DNA of 38,693 bases from a virus (Duplodnaviria; Caudoviricetes), in IMG/VR virus record IMGVR_UViG_3300032244_000449, positions 1 to 38,693 of that record; one strand, given 5' to 3'. The position numbers and the translations under genes are program-made. The notes below the pieces were generated by a model. The model was not told where the DNA came from. It saw only the letters and a list, made by a program, of their open reading frames with translations, and ran no database searches. Shown in pieces: positions 25,978-34,053 of the stretch (positions are counted from its first letter, which is position 1; every line of letters begins with the position of its first letter).

Positions 25978-27165
25978 TTAGCGCGCGGTCAGGAAAAACT
26001 CATCATTTCCTGTGGTCGAGGGAATGAGTACAAACGGCAGCGACATCATCACAATGCCGTCCATGTCAGTGTAGGTCGGGTTCTGCACATCGACAGTGGT
26101 GTATGCGCTGATGTCGATGATCGAGCCTGCCGTCGAGCCATGAACCAACTGCATCGATCCGTTGGTCGTTCCCAGTGCCGTCGCAAAAAAGTCTTTGGCA
26201 TAGGTTCCGGTGGAGATCGTCGGAGCTTCAAACACTGCGGTGCCAGCGGCTTTCCGGTCGGTCAGGATGACGCTTTCGGAGTTGACCAGGTTACGGTAAA
26301 CAACTTCGTTGTTCAGATTCAGACCGAACTCCGACATGATGGCGTTCAAACCAAAAAAGCTGAACGTAGGCGTGTTGCCCCTGTTAACGGCAGTCGGGGT
26401 CTGGAAGCCAGTGTAGGTCGCACTCAGGTTCGCAGAATCCACAACGGTGTTGTAGACGCCGGTCATGGTGAATTTCGCAACCGGAAGCGATTTCGCATTG
26501 GTTGTGAACTCGACGTTACCGCGACAACCAGTGACTTTGTGCAAAGGCGAAGAAGACTGCACGTTATCCTGGTGCTGCGCGTAGATCGTGACCGATTCAA
26601 ACGAACTTGAAATCGGGCGATAGACAACGCCTGCGCCGATACTGTAGCCAGATGAGGCAGCGGGTGGCGTGGCAAACGTGCCGCTAATCGTGGCGACTTT
26701 GGATGTGCCATTGTAAGCGACAATGGTTCCAGATTGTCCGACACCCGTTCCGGAAGTAATCGAAAGCAGCAGGCCAACATAAATGTTGTTTACTGCGGAA
26801 GCTCCTGCCGCAAGCGTGACCGTAGTCGATGAGCCTGCTTGAGCAGAACCAGTGACTGCTGACGCGGTCACGGTTTCAGCCATGCCGCAGGCGCGCATCA
26901 GCGGACCATAATTCGGGGCTACGCCCGCCGTGCCGGAACCTTGAAGTTCAACCTCAAAACTGATTCCAACCTTCTGTGCCGCGATGATCTGGTCGTAGTT
27001 GCCAAAATACGGGCGCACCAGGTCGCGCGACACGATTTCCGCGTCGAGCGGGGTCATGTCCAAGTTGCGGATCAGCATCGCGTTTGCCGCCACAGGCGAC
27101 GAATCGGTGCCGTAGGTTGCTTCGATTTTCGCCAGCATGATCCGGCGGCGGGTCAGAAGTGCCAT
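25978..27165 (-). CDS. Major tail tube protein with inserted domain
   Basis: AKIEATYGTD, RPYFG, FEVELQGSGTAG.AP.YG.L..ACG, GCRGNV, ITDR-like LTDRK; SD GAGGAG. Confidence 0.88.
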   Translation of the reverse strand: MALLTRRRIMLAKIEATYGTDSSPVAANAMLIRNLDMTPLDAEIVSRDLVRPYFGNYDQIIAAQKVGISFEVELQGSGTAGVAPNYGPLMRACGMAETVTASAVTGSAQAGSSTTVTLAAGASAVNNIYVGLLLSITSGTGVGQSGTIVAYNGTSKVATISGTFATPPAASSGYSIGAGVVYRPISSSFESVTIYAQHQDNVQSSSPLHKVTGCRGNVEFTTNAKSLPVAKFTMTGVYNTVVDSANLSATYTGFQTPTAVNRGNTPTFSFFGLNAIMSEFGLNLNNEVVYRNLVNSESVILTDRKAAGTAVFEAPTISTGTYAKDFFATALGTTNGSMQLVHGSTAGSIIDISAYTTVDVQNPTYTDMDGIVMMSLPFVLIPSTTGNDEFFLTAR

Positions 27166-27170
27166 GTGAA

Positions 27171-27323
27171 TTACTCCTCAACGGGAATGTCAGAAACAAT
27201 CGGAGCGGTGATCGGCGTGGCTATCTCTTCGACTGCCAGGGTCCGTTCAACCAGTGCTTTTTGGCCTGCGGAGTTGATGATGTAACTGCCGCCCTGCGCC
27301 CAGAAAACGTCGTTCTCGCCCAT
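27171..27323 (-). CDS. 50-aa protein with GGSY motif preceding the tube gene (not in ORF track)
   Basis: MGENDVFWAQGGSYIINSAGQKALVERT...; fills the U-tube gap exactly. Confidence 0.75.
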   Translation of the reverse strand: MGENDVFWAQGGSYIINSAGQKALVERTLAVEEIATPITAPIVSDIPVEE

Positions 27324-27326
27324 GTT

Positions 27327-27752
27327 TTACCCCTGCGCGATGTCTTGAAGATTGGTGCGATAAAGAATGATGAAATCGTAAGTGACCATCCCGGTCGGAA
27401 CATCACTTTCCACAAACTCCCATCCAACGGATGTGGGCTGAACGTCATAGGCCAGCCCGCCAAGCGTGAGGTCGGCAGTCATCTTGGTGTGGATTGCCTG
27501 CACGATTGCGTCCGCAGCCTGATCTGGAATGCTGGCGCGCACCAATACCGAGATGCGGACGGTGAGCATCCAATCGAGTTTTGGGATTACCGGCTGACTA
27601 GCCTGATCCTGCACCGGCTCCACGATGACCGCCGGGGCTTCGCTGCGTTGGAATGGCGAGACGCGGCTGCGATAGACGGGCGCACCAATGCTAGGCGCTG
27701 AAGCGAGCCTGGTGGCGATGTCGGCAAGTATCAATTCGCGCCTGGTTGTCAT
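27327..27752 (-). CDS. Tail terminator (gpU-like)
   Basis: MTTRRELIL, VYRSR, AD.TLGGLA, Y.I.YRT; lies before the tube gene. Confidence 0.8.
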   Translation of the reverse strand: MTTRRELILADIATRLASAPSIGAPVYRSRVSPFQRSEAPAVIVEPVQDQASQPVIPKLDWMLTVRISVLVRASIPDQAADAIVQAIHTKMTADLTLGGLAYDVQPTSVGWEFVESDVPTGMVTYDFIILYRTNLQDIAQG

Positions 27753-27758
27753 GCCATC

Positions 27759-28616
27759 TCAGAAAAACTGGAAGAACGATGATTGCGAGGCCGAAAATAC
27801 TCCACTGCCAGCAACCAAAATATCATTCGCTTCGATGATATTTGCTGAACCTTTGAGGGTCAACGTCGAGGAAAAGAGGATATCGTCGCCACTTTCTGTC
27901 TGGGCAAATATCCCGCGTATTTGAATAGCCCCGGCGCTCGATATTGAGTCGGACGCTTCTTGGATCGAAAGCGCGCCAAAAAGTGGAACTGCACCAAGTG
28001 TGCCGACCGCAGATACGCTGTCGGATGCCTCTGCCAGGTTTGCAACGCCAAAGATTGGAGCCGAGCCAAGCGTAGACGTTGAGGCAAGGGTGTCTGCGGC
28101 TTCCGTAACGCTTGCTGAAGCCCTGATATGGATAGCACTTGACGCAGATACCGTGTCAGCACTTTCTGTGGCTGAGAGCGATCCTGAGAGCGTCAGGGTG
28201 GATACGGCAGTTACCGTATCGGAGGCTTCCGTAAGTGCCAACGTGCCGCTGATGTTGAGAACAGAACTGCCAAGAGAGGTCAGTGTGTCATCTGCTTCAG
28301 TCAACGATGCAGATGCTCGCAGCGTGATGTTCGATATCGCAGAAACGGTGTCTGCTGCTTCTGTCTGACTGAACGAACCGGAAATCGCCAGAGATGCTGC
28401 TGAAGAAACAGAGTCTGCTGCTTCTGCGAGTGAGGCCGACGCATTGATCGCTAGGGTAGCGGCAGCCTGGACAGTGTCAGAGGCTTCGCTGATAGATGAC
28501 GATCCCTTCAGCGCAATGGTCGATGCTGCCGAAACGGTGTCGCTTGATTCAATCGCAGAAAGTGATCCGGAAATTCCGGATGATGCTGCTGGCTGGAAAA
28601 ACAGCAGCAATGACAT
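27759..28616 (-). CDS. A/S/T-rich repeat virion protein (12 x 21-24 aa)
   Basis: Repeat like ISGSLSxTEAxDTVSAxxTLx with invariant ExxD; termini MSLLLFFQ and FFQFF. Confidence 0.8.
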   Translation of the reverse strand: MSLLLFFQPAASSGISGSLSAIESSDTVSAASTIALKGSSSISEASDTVQAAATLAINASASLAEAADSVSSAASLAISGSFSQTEAADTVSAISNITLRASASLTEADDTLTSLGSSVLNISGTLALTEASDTVTAVSTLTLSGSLSATESADTVSASSAIHIRASASVTEAADTLASTSTLGSAPIFGVANLAEASDSVSAVGTLGAVPLFGALSIQEASDSISSAGAIQIRGIFAQTESGDDILFSSTLTLKGSANIIEANDILVAGSGVFSASQSSFFQFF

Positions 28617-28619
28617 AGA

Positions 28620-29429
28620 TCAACGCCTCAGGAGATCAGGCCATGATACGGGGCGCATCTGGCCGATAGGGCCACGGTTTGCGGAAACCGTAGGTCCCGA
28701 AACGGTGAGGCCGCGATCCATCGTGGCGATGCTTCCGGCGTTGCGGATCGTTCGCCCGTATGCGCCATTGTCCAAATCCACTACGGTGTGCGTGACGCCG
28801 TTGTTGGTTTCTGAGCCTGAGCCGTAAAACGTCGGCATTCGGCCTTGCCAAATTGGAATAACAAGCTGCGTAAAAATCGCAAACTCGTCGTCCGCAGAGA
28901 TAAGGCCTGTAGCGTTTCGGCAAAGCGCGCTCGATGTGACCGCCGTGACAAAATCAAATCGCCCGATGTCCCCTTCCCAGGCCACCGTGCCGAGCGCGCC
29001 TGCGTTGCCAATCGTTGCAACCGTTGACCCCGTGCTGTTTCCCGCACCGGCTGTTGTGACGTTGACGGTCACCAGCGATGGAATTTCAGCATCAACGCCC
29101 CGCCAAACTCGGTAGTTCGTGACTACGCCCGTGTTGAAAAACGATCCCAACACAGCAATGAAATGCCACCGGTTCACCGCAAGCCCGAGGCCGCTGGTGG
29201 TGTGCTGCGAGTCCGTTGTTCTGTCAAGCCAAAGATTTATTTCACTGGTCGTTGTCGCAATCTCGCAGCGGCTCACCGCGCCAAAACCCCACAAAGTCCG
29301 CGTGGCCGTCAACGCGGTCGGATACCACCACCCGCAAACCAAGCTAGAGCGCGCAGAAGCTCCGTAATTCGACGCGCTTTCAGTCCAAGTGATGTCGCTT
29401 GAGGTTGAAGCAACGAAGTTGTACGCCAC
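28620..29429 (-). CDS. LamG/concanavalin-like virion protein
   Basis: CGWWYP, LAVNRWHFIAV, TIGN, WEGDIG pattern. Confidence 0.6.
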   Translation of the reverse strand: MAYNFVASTSSDITWTESASNYGASARSSLVCGWWYPTALTATRTLWGFGAVSRCEIATTTSEINLWLDRTTDSQHTTSGLGLAVNRWHFIAVLGSFFNTGVVTNYRVWRGVDAEIPSLVTVNVTTAGAGNSTGSTVATIGNAGALGTVAWEGDIGRFDFVTAVTSSALCRNATGLISADDEFAIFTQLVIPIWQGRMPTFYGSGSETNNGVTHTVVDLDNGAYGRTIRNAGSIATMDRGLTVSGPTVSANRGPIGQMRPVSWPDLLRR

Positions 29430-29431
29430 AA

Positions 29432-30424
29432 TCAGTTGCGCTCAACAAAAACATTTAGGTTTGACGCGAAATCGCCCGCCGCAAGCGTGAATGGTGCGCG
29501 AGTAATGATGGCTGCAAACAGGCTTGTGCTGCCGACGCAGACATACGGCACTGCGAGGTTGAACGCCTGCGAAACGCGGTTGAGGCCAAGAGAGTAAGCA
29601 CCCGCCAGCGGCACGATGCCGATCAGTTTCAAGCCGTCCGCATCTGAGATTGAAAACGGGCTGGAATCGCCTGCTAGTGTTACGCTGGATTCAAAAAATA
29701 AAACGTCAAATGGTCCGATCAGAACAGACGCAGAATTGATCGTAACGCCCGTGATGGTGCCGGTGCCGCCGCTCACGCGAGCCGCGTTGGTCAGCGTCAC
29801 CAGATTTCCAAACTGGTCGCCGGAAACGTATGCCGCAGGTGGATTGCCAGTGAACGAAATCGCCTGCTGCAACCTGACCAAATCACGCCGCGCCAGCGTC
29901 TGCATCTCGCCCGTGCTGCTTACCGAAATGGCGCTGTACTCTCCATCGACTGTGGAACCGGTAACGTGATTTCTAACGCCAAGCATCAAAACGCCGGTAT
30001 CACCATCCTGGTGCAGTTGGTCTTCCTGCTTCCCGAGATTATTTGAGGCCACGCCGGGAATGATGCGGGTGACATCTACATCCAGCCCGTTGGTGATGTC
30101 TCCGCGATTTCGATCCCATGTAGTGCCGTTGAAAACATAATTTCTGGATGATGTGTGAAGGCTGTTCACACCATTGCTTTCAGCATCGCTTTGAACTGAA
30201 TCGATGGCGATATTTTGAGTGCCGTCGCCAATCGTCACAGAACCCGTGACGCGCGTGACATCTACTTTCAAACCGTTGGCAGCAGTGACCGTTGCGACAT
30301 CCGTAGCAGTCGATGGATCGCCAATGACCATGACCTGGCGATGCTCATCCGTTCCTGCTCCGACAGTCCTCGTATCGACTTTCGGGCCAGTGCCTGCTGT
30401 TACTTGAATGTCTGAATCGGCCAT
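29432..30424 (-). CDS. Accessory virion/fibre protein
   Basis: NGL.VDVTR x2, FNGTTWDR, beta-rich C-terminal domain; coupled to upstream gene. Confidence 0.7.
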   Translation of the reverse strand: MADSDIQVTAGTGPKVDTRTVGAGTDEHRQVMVIGDPSTATDVATVTAANGLKVDVTRVTGSVTIGDGTQNIAIDSVQSDAESNGVNSLHTSSRNYVFNGTTWDRNRGDITNGLDVDVTRIIPGVASNNLGKQEDQLHQDGDTGVLMLGVRNHVTGSTVDGEYSAISVSSTGEMQTLARRDLVRLQQAISFTGNPPAAYVSGDQFGNLVTLTNAARVSGGTGTITGVTINSASVLIGPFDVLFFESSVTLAGDSSPFSISDADGLKLIGIVPLAGAYSLGLNRVSQAFNLAVPYVCVGSTSLFAAIITRAPFTLAAGDFASNLNVFVERN

Positions 30425-30831
30425 TACGCATTACCGGCAGTCAGAGTGAACGTAGTCACTGTGAAGCTTTGTCCAACGGCAAAACTGGTGTTGTCCACCG
30501 TCATGTCGCCGCCGCCGCCAGTGGCAGTGACAGTGCCTTGGATGTGGCAAGTGGTTCCGGCGCTATCGTAGATGCGGAAATGTCCCGCCGTTCCTGCTGC
30601 ATCAGCAGATGCGTCCTGCCAGGTGCCGAGGAGCGTTTTGGTGCCCCCAGACGCGGCATTCATCCAATCGCTTGGGAGGTTGACCGTCGCCAATACGGTT
30701 CCGCTGTCTGCGGTCGCACAGGTTGCCGGAACGCTGCCAGACCGAATGCGAAGTATTGCCGAAGTGCCGGTAGCAGTTTCAACCGCATCAAGTTTTGCGT
30801 TGCGAACAGATACAGAATATTGAAGTGCCAT
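30424..30831 (-). CDS. Small virion structural protein (135 aa)
   Basis: RNAKLDA, GTAGHFRI, QGTV..GGGD, typical of phage structural modules; SD GAGGT. Confidence 0.75.
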   Translation of the reverse strand: MALQYSVSVRNAKLDAVETATGTSAILRIRSGSVPATCATADSGTVLATVNLPSDWMNAASGGTKTLLGTWQDASADAAGTAGHFRIYDSAGTTCHIQGTVTATGGGGDMTVDNTSFAVGQSFTVTTFTLTAGNA

Positions 30832-30838
30832 GTTTACC

Positions 30839-31291
30839 TCACGTTTGAGTGACTGCCGCCACCAAATACCATTTTAGACCGAATCCATCGTAAATGAATC
30901 CGAGGTGTGTGCGCTTGCTGGCAGTTGTCGATGTCGGAAGCGGAACGCCACCAGATGCGTATGCAGCCCCCCAGGACAATGCCCGAGCCGATCCATTATC
31001 CAAAATACGGATGATCAGTCTCTGACCATTCACCGGAGTTCCAGTGGGATTGGCAAAAGATAGCGCAGCAGCCAGTGCATCAATGCTGACAAAATCGAAC
31101 GCATCTATGTTTGGCGTGATGGTTGTGGCACTAGTGTACGAATCAATTCGCAATCCACCAGATGGACCCTGCGGGCCTGTCGCGATGACGTTTACCGTGC
31201 TGGGCTGCGCGGACGATTGAACAACAACCTGGTGTTCAGTTGTGGTGACACTGACCGTAGCAACGGTCGATGAAACCGTTACCGAACTCAT
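30839..31291 (-). CDS. Short fibre/adaptor protein
   Basis: V/T-rich N-terminus, GPQGPSG collagen-like triplets, ANPTGTP.NGQ...W.LVA domain; ATGA overlap. Confidence 0.7.
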   Translation of the reverse strand: MSSVTVSSTVATVSVTTTEHQVVVQSSAQPSTVNVIATGPQGPSGGLRIDSYTSATTITPNIDAFDFVSIDALAAALSFANPTGTPVNGQRLIIRILDNGSARALSWGAAYASGGVPLPTSTTASKRTHLGFIYDGFGLKWYLVAAVTQT

Positions 31292-31623
31292 GTGGTGTAT
31301 CCGAGCGCCAACGTAGCTGCGCCGCGCAGCCAATAGTCCTTGGTTCCATCAGGATTGGTAACCAGCAAATCCCAAACACCTGAAGCGCCCAGGGCAGCAG
31401 TGACAGTGGACGCTAGGGTCAATTTGAATTGACCATTCGGGCGATCCAGCCAGGTCACGGTGAAATCCGAAAGCTTCCTGCCTTTGCCTTCAGTCCACAG
31501 TTCAGCATCGACAGTGTAGGAGTTCATGTTCAGATTCGTTCCGGTCGAATCCTTGAACTGAAACTGCATTGAGAACGTGGCGTTTTGTGGCAATTCGATG
31601 TCGAGCGCGGCTGGCGTGATCAT
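31288..31623 (-). CDS. BppU N-terminal-like adaptor protein
   Basis: QNATF, G.FKLTL...T, VWDL..T...G.....L.G pattern. Confidence 0.6.
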   Translation of the reverse strand: MITPAALDIELPQNATFSMQFQFKDSTGTNLNMNSYTVDAELWTEGKGRKLSDFTVTWLDRPNGQFKLTLASTVTAALGASGVWDLLVTNPDGTKDYWLRGAATLALGYTT

Positions 31624-31898
31624 GTCTTGGTGACCAGAATCTCGCAGAACGCACCGTCATCCATCATGCGAGCATCCCGCACGGTGTATGCCGTTCCGTT
31701 CACTGTGATGGAAGTGCCAAACACTGGAAGACCAGAGGAAGGCGTTTTTAACGTCACCACATAGTCGTTGGTGAGAATCATGCCTTCAGCGGTGACGTTC
31801 GTTGGGGAATCGAATATCCCCTTGACCGTCGAACCATTCAGAACAACGGGCACACCAAAATCGGCGAGAAAAAGATCGAGATCATTCTGCCCCAGCAT
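31620..31898 (-). CDS. Head-tail joining protein (FII-like)
   Basis: FLADFG, GIFD, ITVNGTAYTV, DDG; position after the capsid gene. Confidence 0.8.
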   Translation of the reverse strand: MLGQNDLDLFLADFGVPVVLNGSTVKGIFDSPTNVTAEGMILTNDYVVTLKTPSSGLPVFGTSITVNGTAYTVRDARMMDDGAFCEILVTKT

Positions 31899-32055
31899 CT
31901 GCTGCCTTCCGCTTTTTTGCAGGAGGTGGAACATTTTCGATCATGTGCGCGACACTTGCAGCCTGCACATCATCGAGATCGATGATATCGCCAGGCAAAT
32001 GGATGACATCGCCAATTTTCGGATAGAACTGTTCGCGGACGCGAAACTGCGCCAT
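31882..32055 (-). CDS. 57-aa protein after the capsid gene (not in ORF track)
   Basis: SD GAGGAGG; MAQFRV...PGDIIDLDDVQA...PAKKRKAA. Confidence 0.75.
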   Translation of the reverse strand: MAQFRVREQFYPKIGDVIHLPGDIIDLDDVQAASVAHMIENVPPPAKKRKAADAGAE

Positions 32056-32066
32056 GAGGCCTCCTC

Positions 32067-32105
32067 AAAAGAAAACCCCGGCGCGGAATTTAAGCCGCGC
32101 CGGGG
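32067..32105 (-). terminator. Intrinsic terminator/attenuator after the capsid gene
   Basis: CCCCGGCGCGG / CCGCGCCGGGG 11-bp stem followed by TTTTCTTTT. Confidence 0.85.
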
Positions 32106-32112
32106 GACATCA

Positions 32113-34029
32113 TCAGGTTGCGAGGATGTCGGTGATGGCAGCAAACGATTCCGGATGCCGAACCGTGATGTCACAGGTCTGCATTGCGCGGATGTCCACC
32201 GAGCCAGCCGTGTAGCCGCTACCGTAGGGGTTGGGGAGGATTTCAAGACCGCCCCACATACCGATTACCAACTGGCTGAAATCACCGTAAATCAGCGCGG
32301 AGCAAACCGCGCCGGAGGTGCCTTTGACCAGGTTCGACGGCACTTGGTTGCTTCGCGCGCAGGGCGAACCGTTAAGGTTGCCAGCCGTGCCGAGCGTTCC
32401 ATTAAACCTGTCAGTGGTCCAGATGTAATCGGCTTGCGCCGACTTCAACTGCTTGAGTGCCGCGATGACCTTGGCGTTGGTCAGGTAGTACATGGTGCCG
32501 TTGAGAGCGTTGGCAACATCGACTGCGCGCTCAAGCTGGAAAATTTGGTCCAGACCAGTGGTGCCGGTCGTGGCCGCGTTTACCAGAGCGGCACCGTTGG
32601 TGCCCATTGCCACGCTGCCAATGCTGGCCGTGTTCAGAATGCCGCGCGGCTGGCCGGAAGCACCGGAGCCGCTGATGGCAGCGGAGTCGATGCCAAGTGC
32701 CATGACGCGAGCCAGGTCATTGCGGACAATCGTTTCGATGTCCGGAGTGCCCTGCTGGAGCATCAGGCGCGAGTACTGAGAGCGAGCGCCAAGTTGCTTC
32801 GGGGTCAGAGTCACTTGATCGAACGTGGCTTCAGCCTGCGTGATTGCCGAGTTCTCAGTCACCCAGTAGGTCGTAGTCTGCGAGATTTGGCGGGGGATTG
32901 CCACGTTGCCGACCAGACCGGACAGCATCGTCGGACCCATTTGCATAATCATCGCGCGGTTGCGGAGAACCTCAATGAACGATGCTGCGAGCAGATCGGT
33001 TGCAACGGTTGCGCCGCCCGTGCTGGTTGCGCCGACAGCGTAGGTCGCGCGCGTCTCCATACGAAGGTTCAGCGGCATGAAGAACCCATTGGTGTCGCGA
33101 CCGGCCTTCTGGGCCAGCGAGCGCGATACTTCAAGTTCCAGGCCAGCCTTGCTCCAATCGCCCGAGATGGAGGCGTTGATTGCGCGTACCAGAGAGTAGC
33201 GATTTGCCTCAGAGTCGGACATATCGACGGTGGAGCTTTGTGCGCCGGAAACGGGCACTTGCTTGGCACCAGCAACGTCGAGGAATGCTGCGCGAGCCTC
33301 TTCCAGCGAACGGTTGCCGTCGATCAGCGAGGTCGCCAGATCATCACGGTTGAATTTCTCGCCCAGGGCGCGGATTGCCGAAATACGGCTGCGCTCTGTA
33401 GCTACCGCTTCGGCGCGAACCGCCGAAACATCGACGGCGGGGGTCGCCGAAACTGAAACTTCACTCATGGGTTTTTCCTCAACGGATGGATTTTCAACAG
33501 ATCGCACGATGACATCGCGCTCTTCAACAGCATCGCTCCTGCCTAAACCAACACTGGGATCAGCAGGAATCGACACAACACTTACCTCCAGTGGAAGCCA
33601 CCGAGTGGCGGTGTACACCGGAGTTTTGGATTTCTTTTGCTCGACCATGTCGAGAATTCGGTAGCCGAACGACACATTCCGGATTACACCGGCCTGCACA
33701 TCGCTCAGGATTTCCTGGGCGCGCTGCGAGGTGCCGAATCGCACCGTCGCATAGCCACGCTTGTCGTTGCCGATGCGCGCGCTTTCAACAACACCGATCA
33801 CCTGGTCTGGATTGTGATTCCACAGGAGCGGAGCGGAATCATTAAGCCTGCTGAGATCAGCAGCACCAGCATCATGCGAAAGAACTTCGTTGCCAAACCA
33901 ACGCTCGACAGGAGTTTCGCTCGAAAACGAAAACTCCATGCGCGTTGCATCTTCGCCATCACTTACGGTCAATTCCGTTGATGCGGCGCGCTTTAGTGCT
34001 GGCAGTTTCATGCGAATTTCTTGATCCAT
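32113..34029 (-). CDS. Prohead protease-major capsid protein fusion (HK97 fold)
   Basis: N-terminal PLLWNH, VSFGY, LEVSVVSIPAD; linker; C-terminal GNVAIPRQ, GQPRGILN, YGDFSQL, RHPESF. Confidence 0.93.
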   Translation of the reverse strand: MDQEIRMKLPALKRAASTELTVSDGEDATRMEFSFSSETPVERWFGNEVLSHDAGAADLSRLNDSAPLLWNHNPDQVIGVVESARIGNDKRGYATVRFGTSQRAQEILSDVQAGVIRNVSFGYRILDMVEQKKSKTPVYTATRWLPLEVSVVSIPADPSVGLGRSDAVEERDVIVRSVENPSVEEKPMSEVSVSATPAVDVSAVRAEAVATERSRISAIRALGEKFNRDDLATSLIDGNRSLEEARAAFLDVAGAKQVPVSGAQSSTVDMSDSEANRYSLVRAINASISGDWSKAGLELEVSRSLAQKAGRDTNGFFMPLNLRMETRATYAVGATSTGGATVATDLLAASFIEVLRNRAMIMQMGPTMLSGLVGNVAIPRQISQTTTYWVTENSAITQAEATFDQVTLTPKQLGARSQYSRLMLQQGTPDIETIVRNDLARVMALGIDSAAISGSGASGQPRGILNTASIGSVAMGTNGAALVNAATTGTTGLDQIFQLERAVDVANALNGTMYYLTNAKVIAALKQLKSAQADYIWTTDRFNGTLGTAGNLNGSPCARSNQVPSNLVKGTSGAVCSALIYGDFSQLVIGMWGGLEILPNPYGSGYTAGSVDIRAMQTCDITVRHPESFAAITDILAT

Positions 34030-34053
34030 GTGCGGAATATCCTGTTTTTTAAC

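Noticed and set aside
31941-32246. 101-aa minus-strand ORF overlapping the capsid end
   Set aside because: It crosses the terminator; the 57-aa ORF at 31882-32055 has a strong SD and fits the gap
31768-33456. 562-aa plus-strand ORF
   Set aside because: Antisense shadow of the capsid gene; no motifs; expected from codon bias in GC-rich coding DNA
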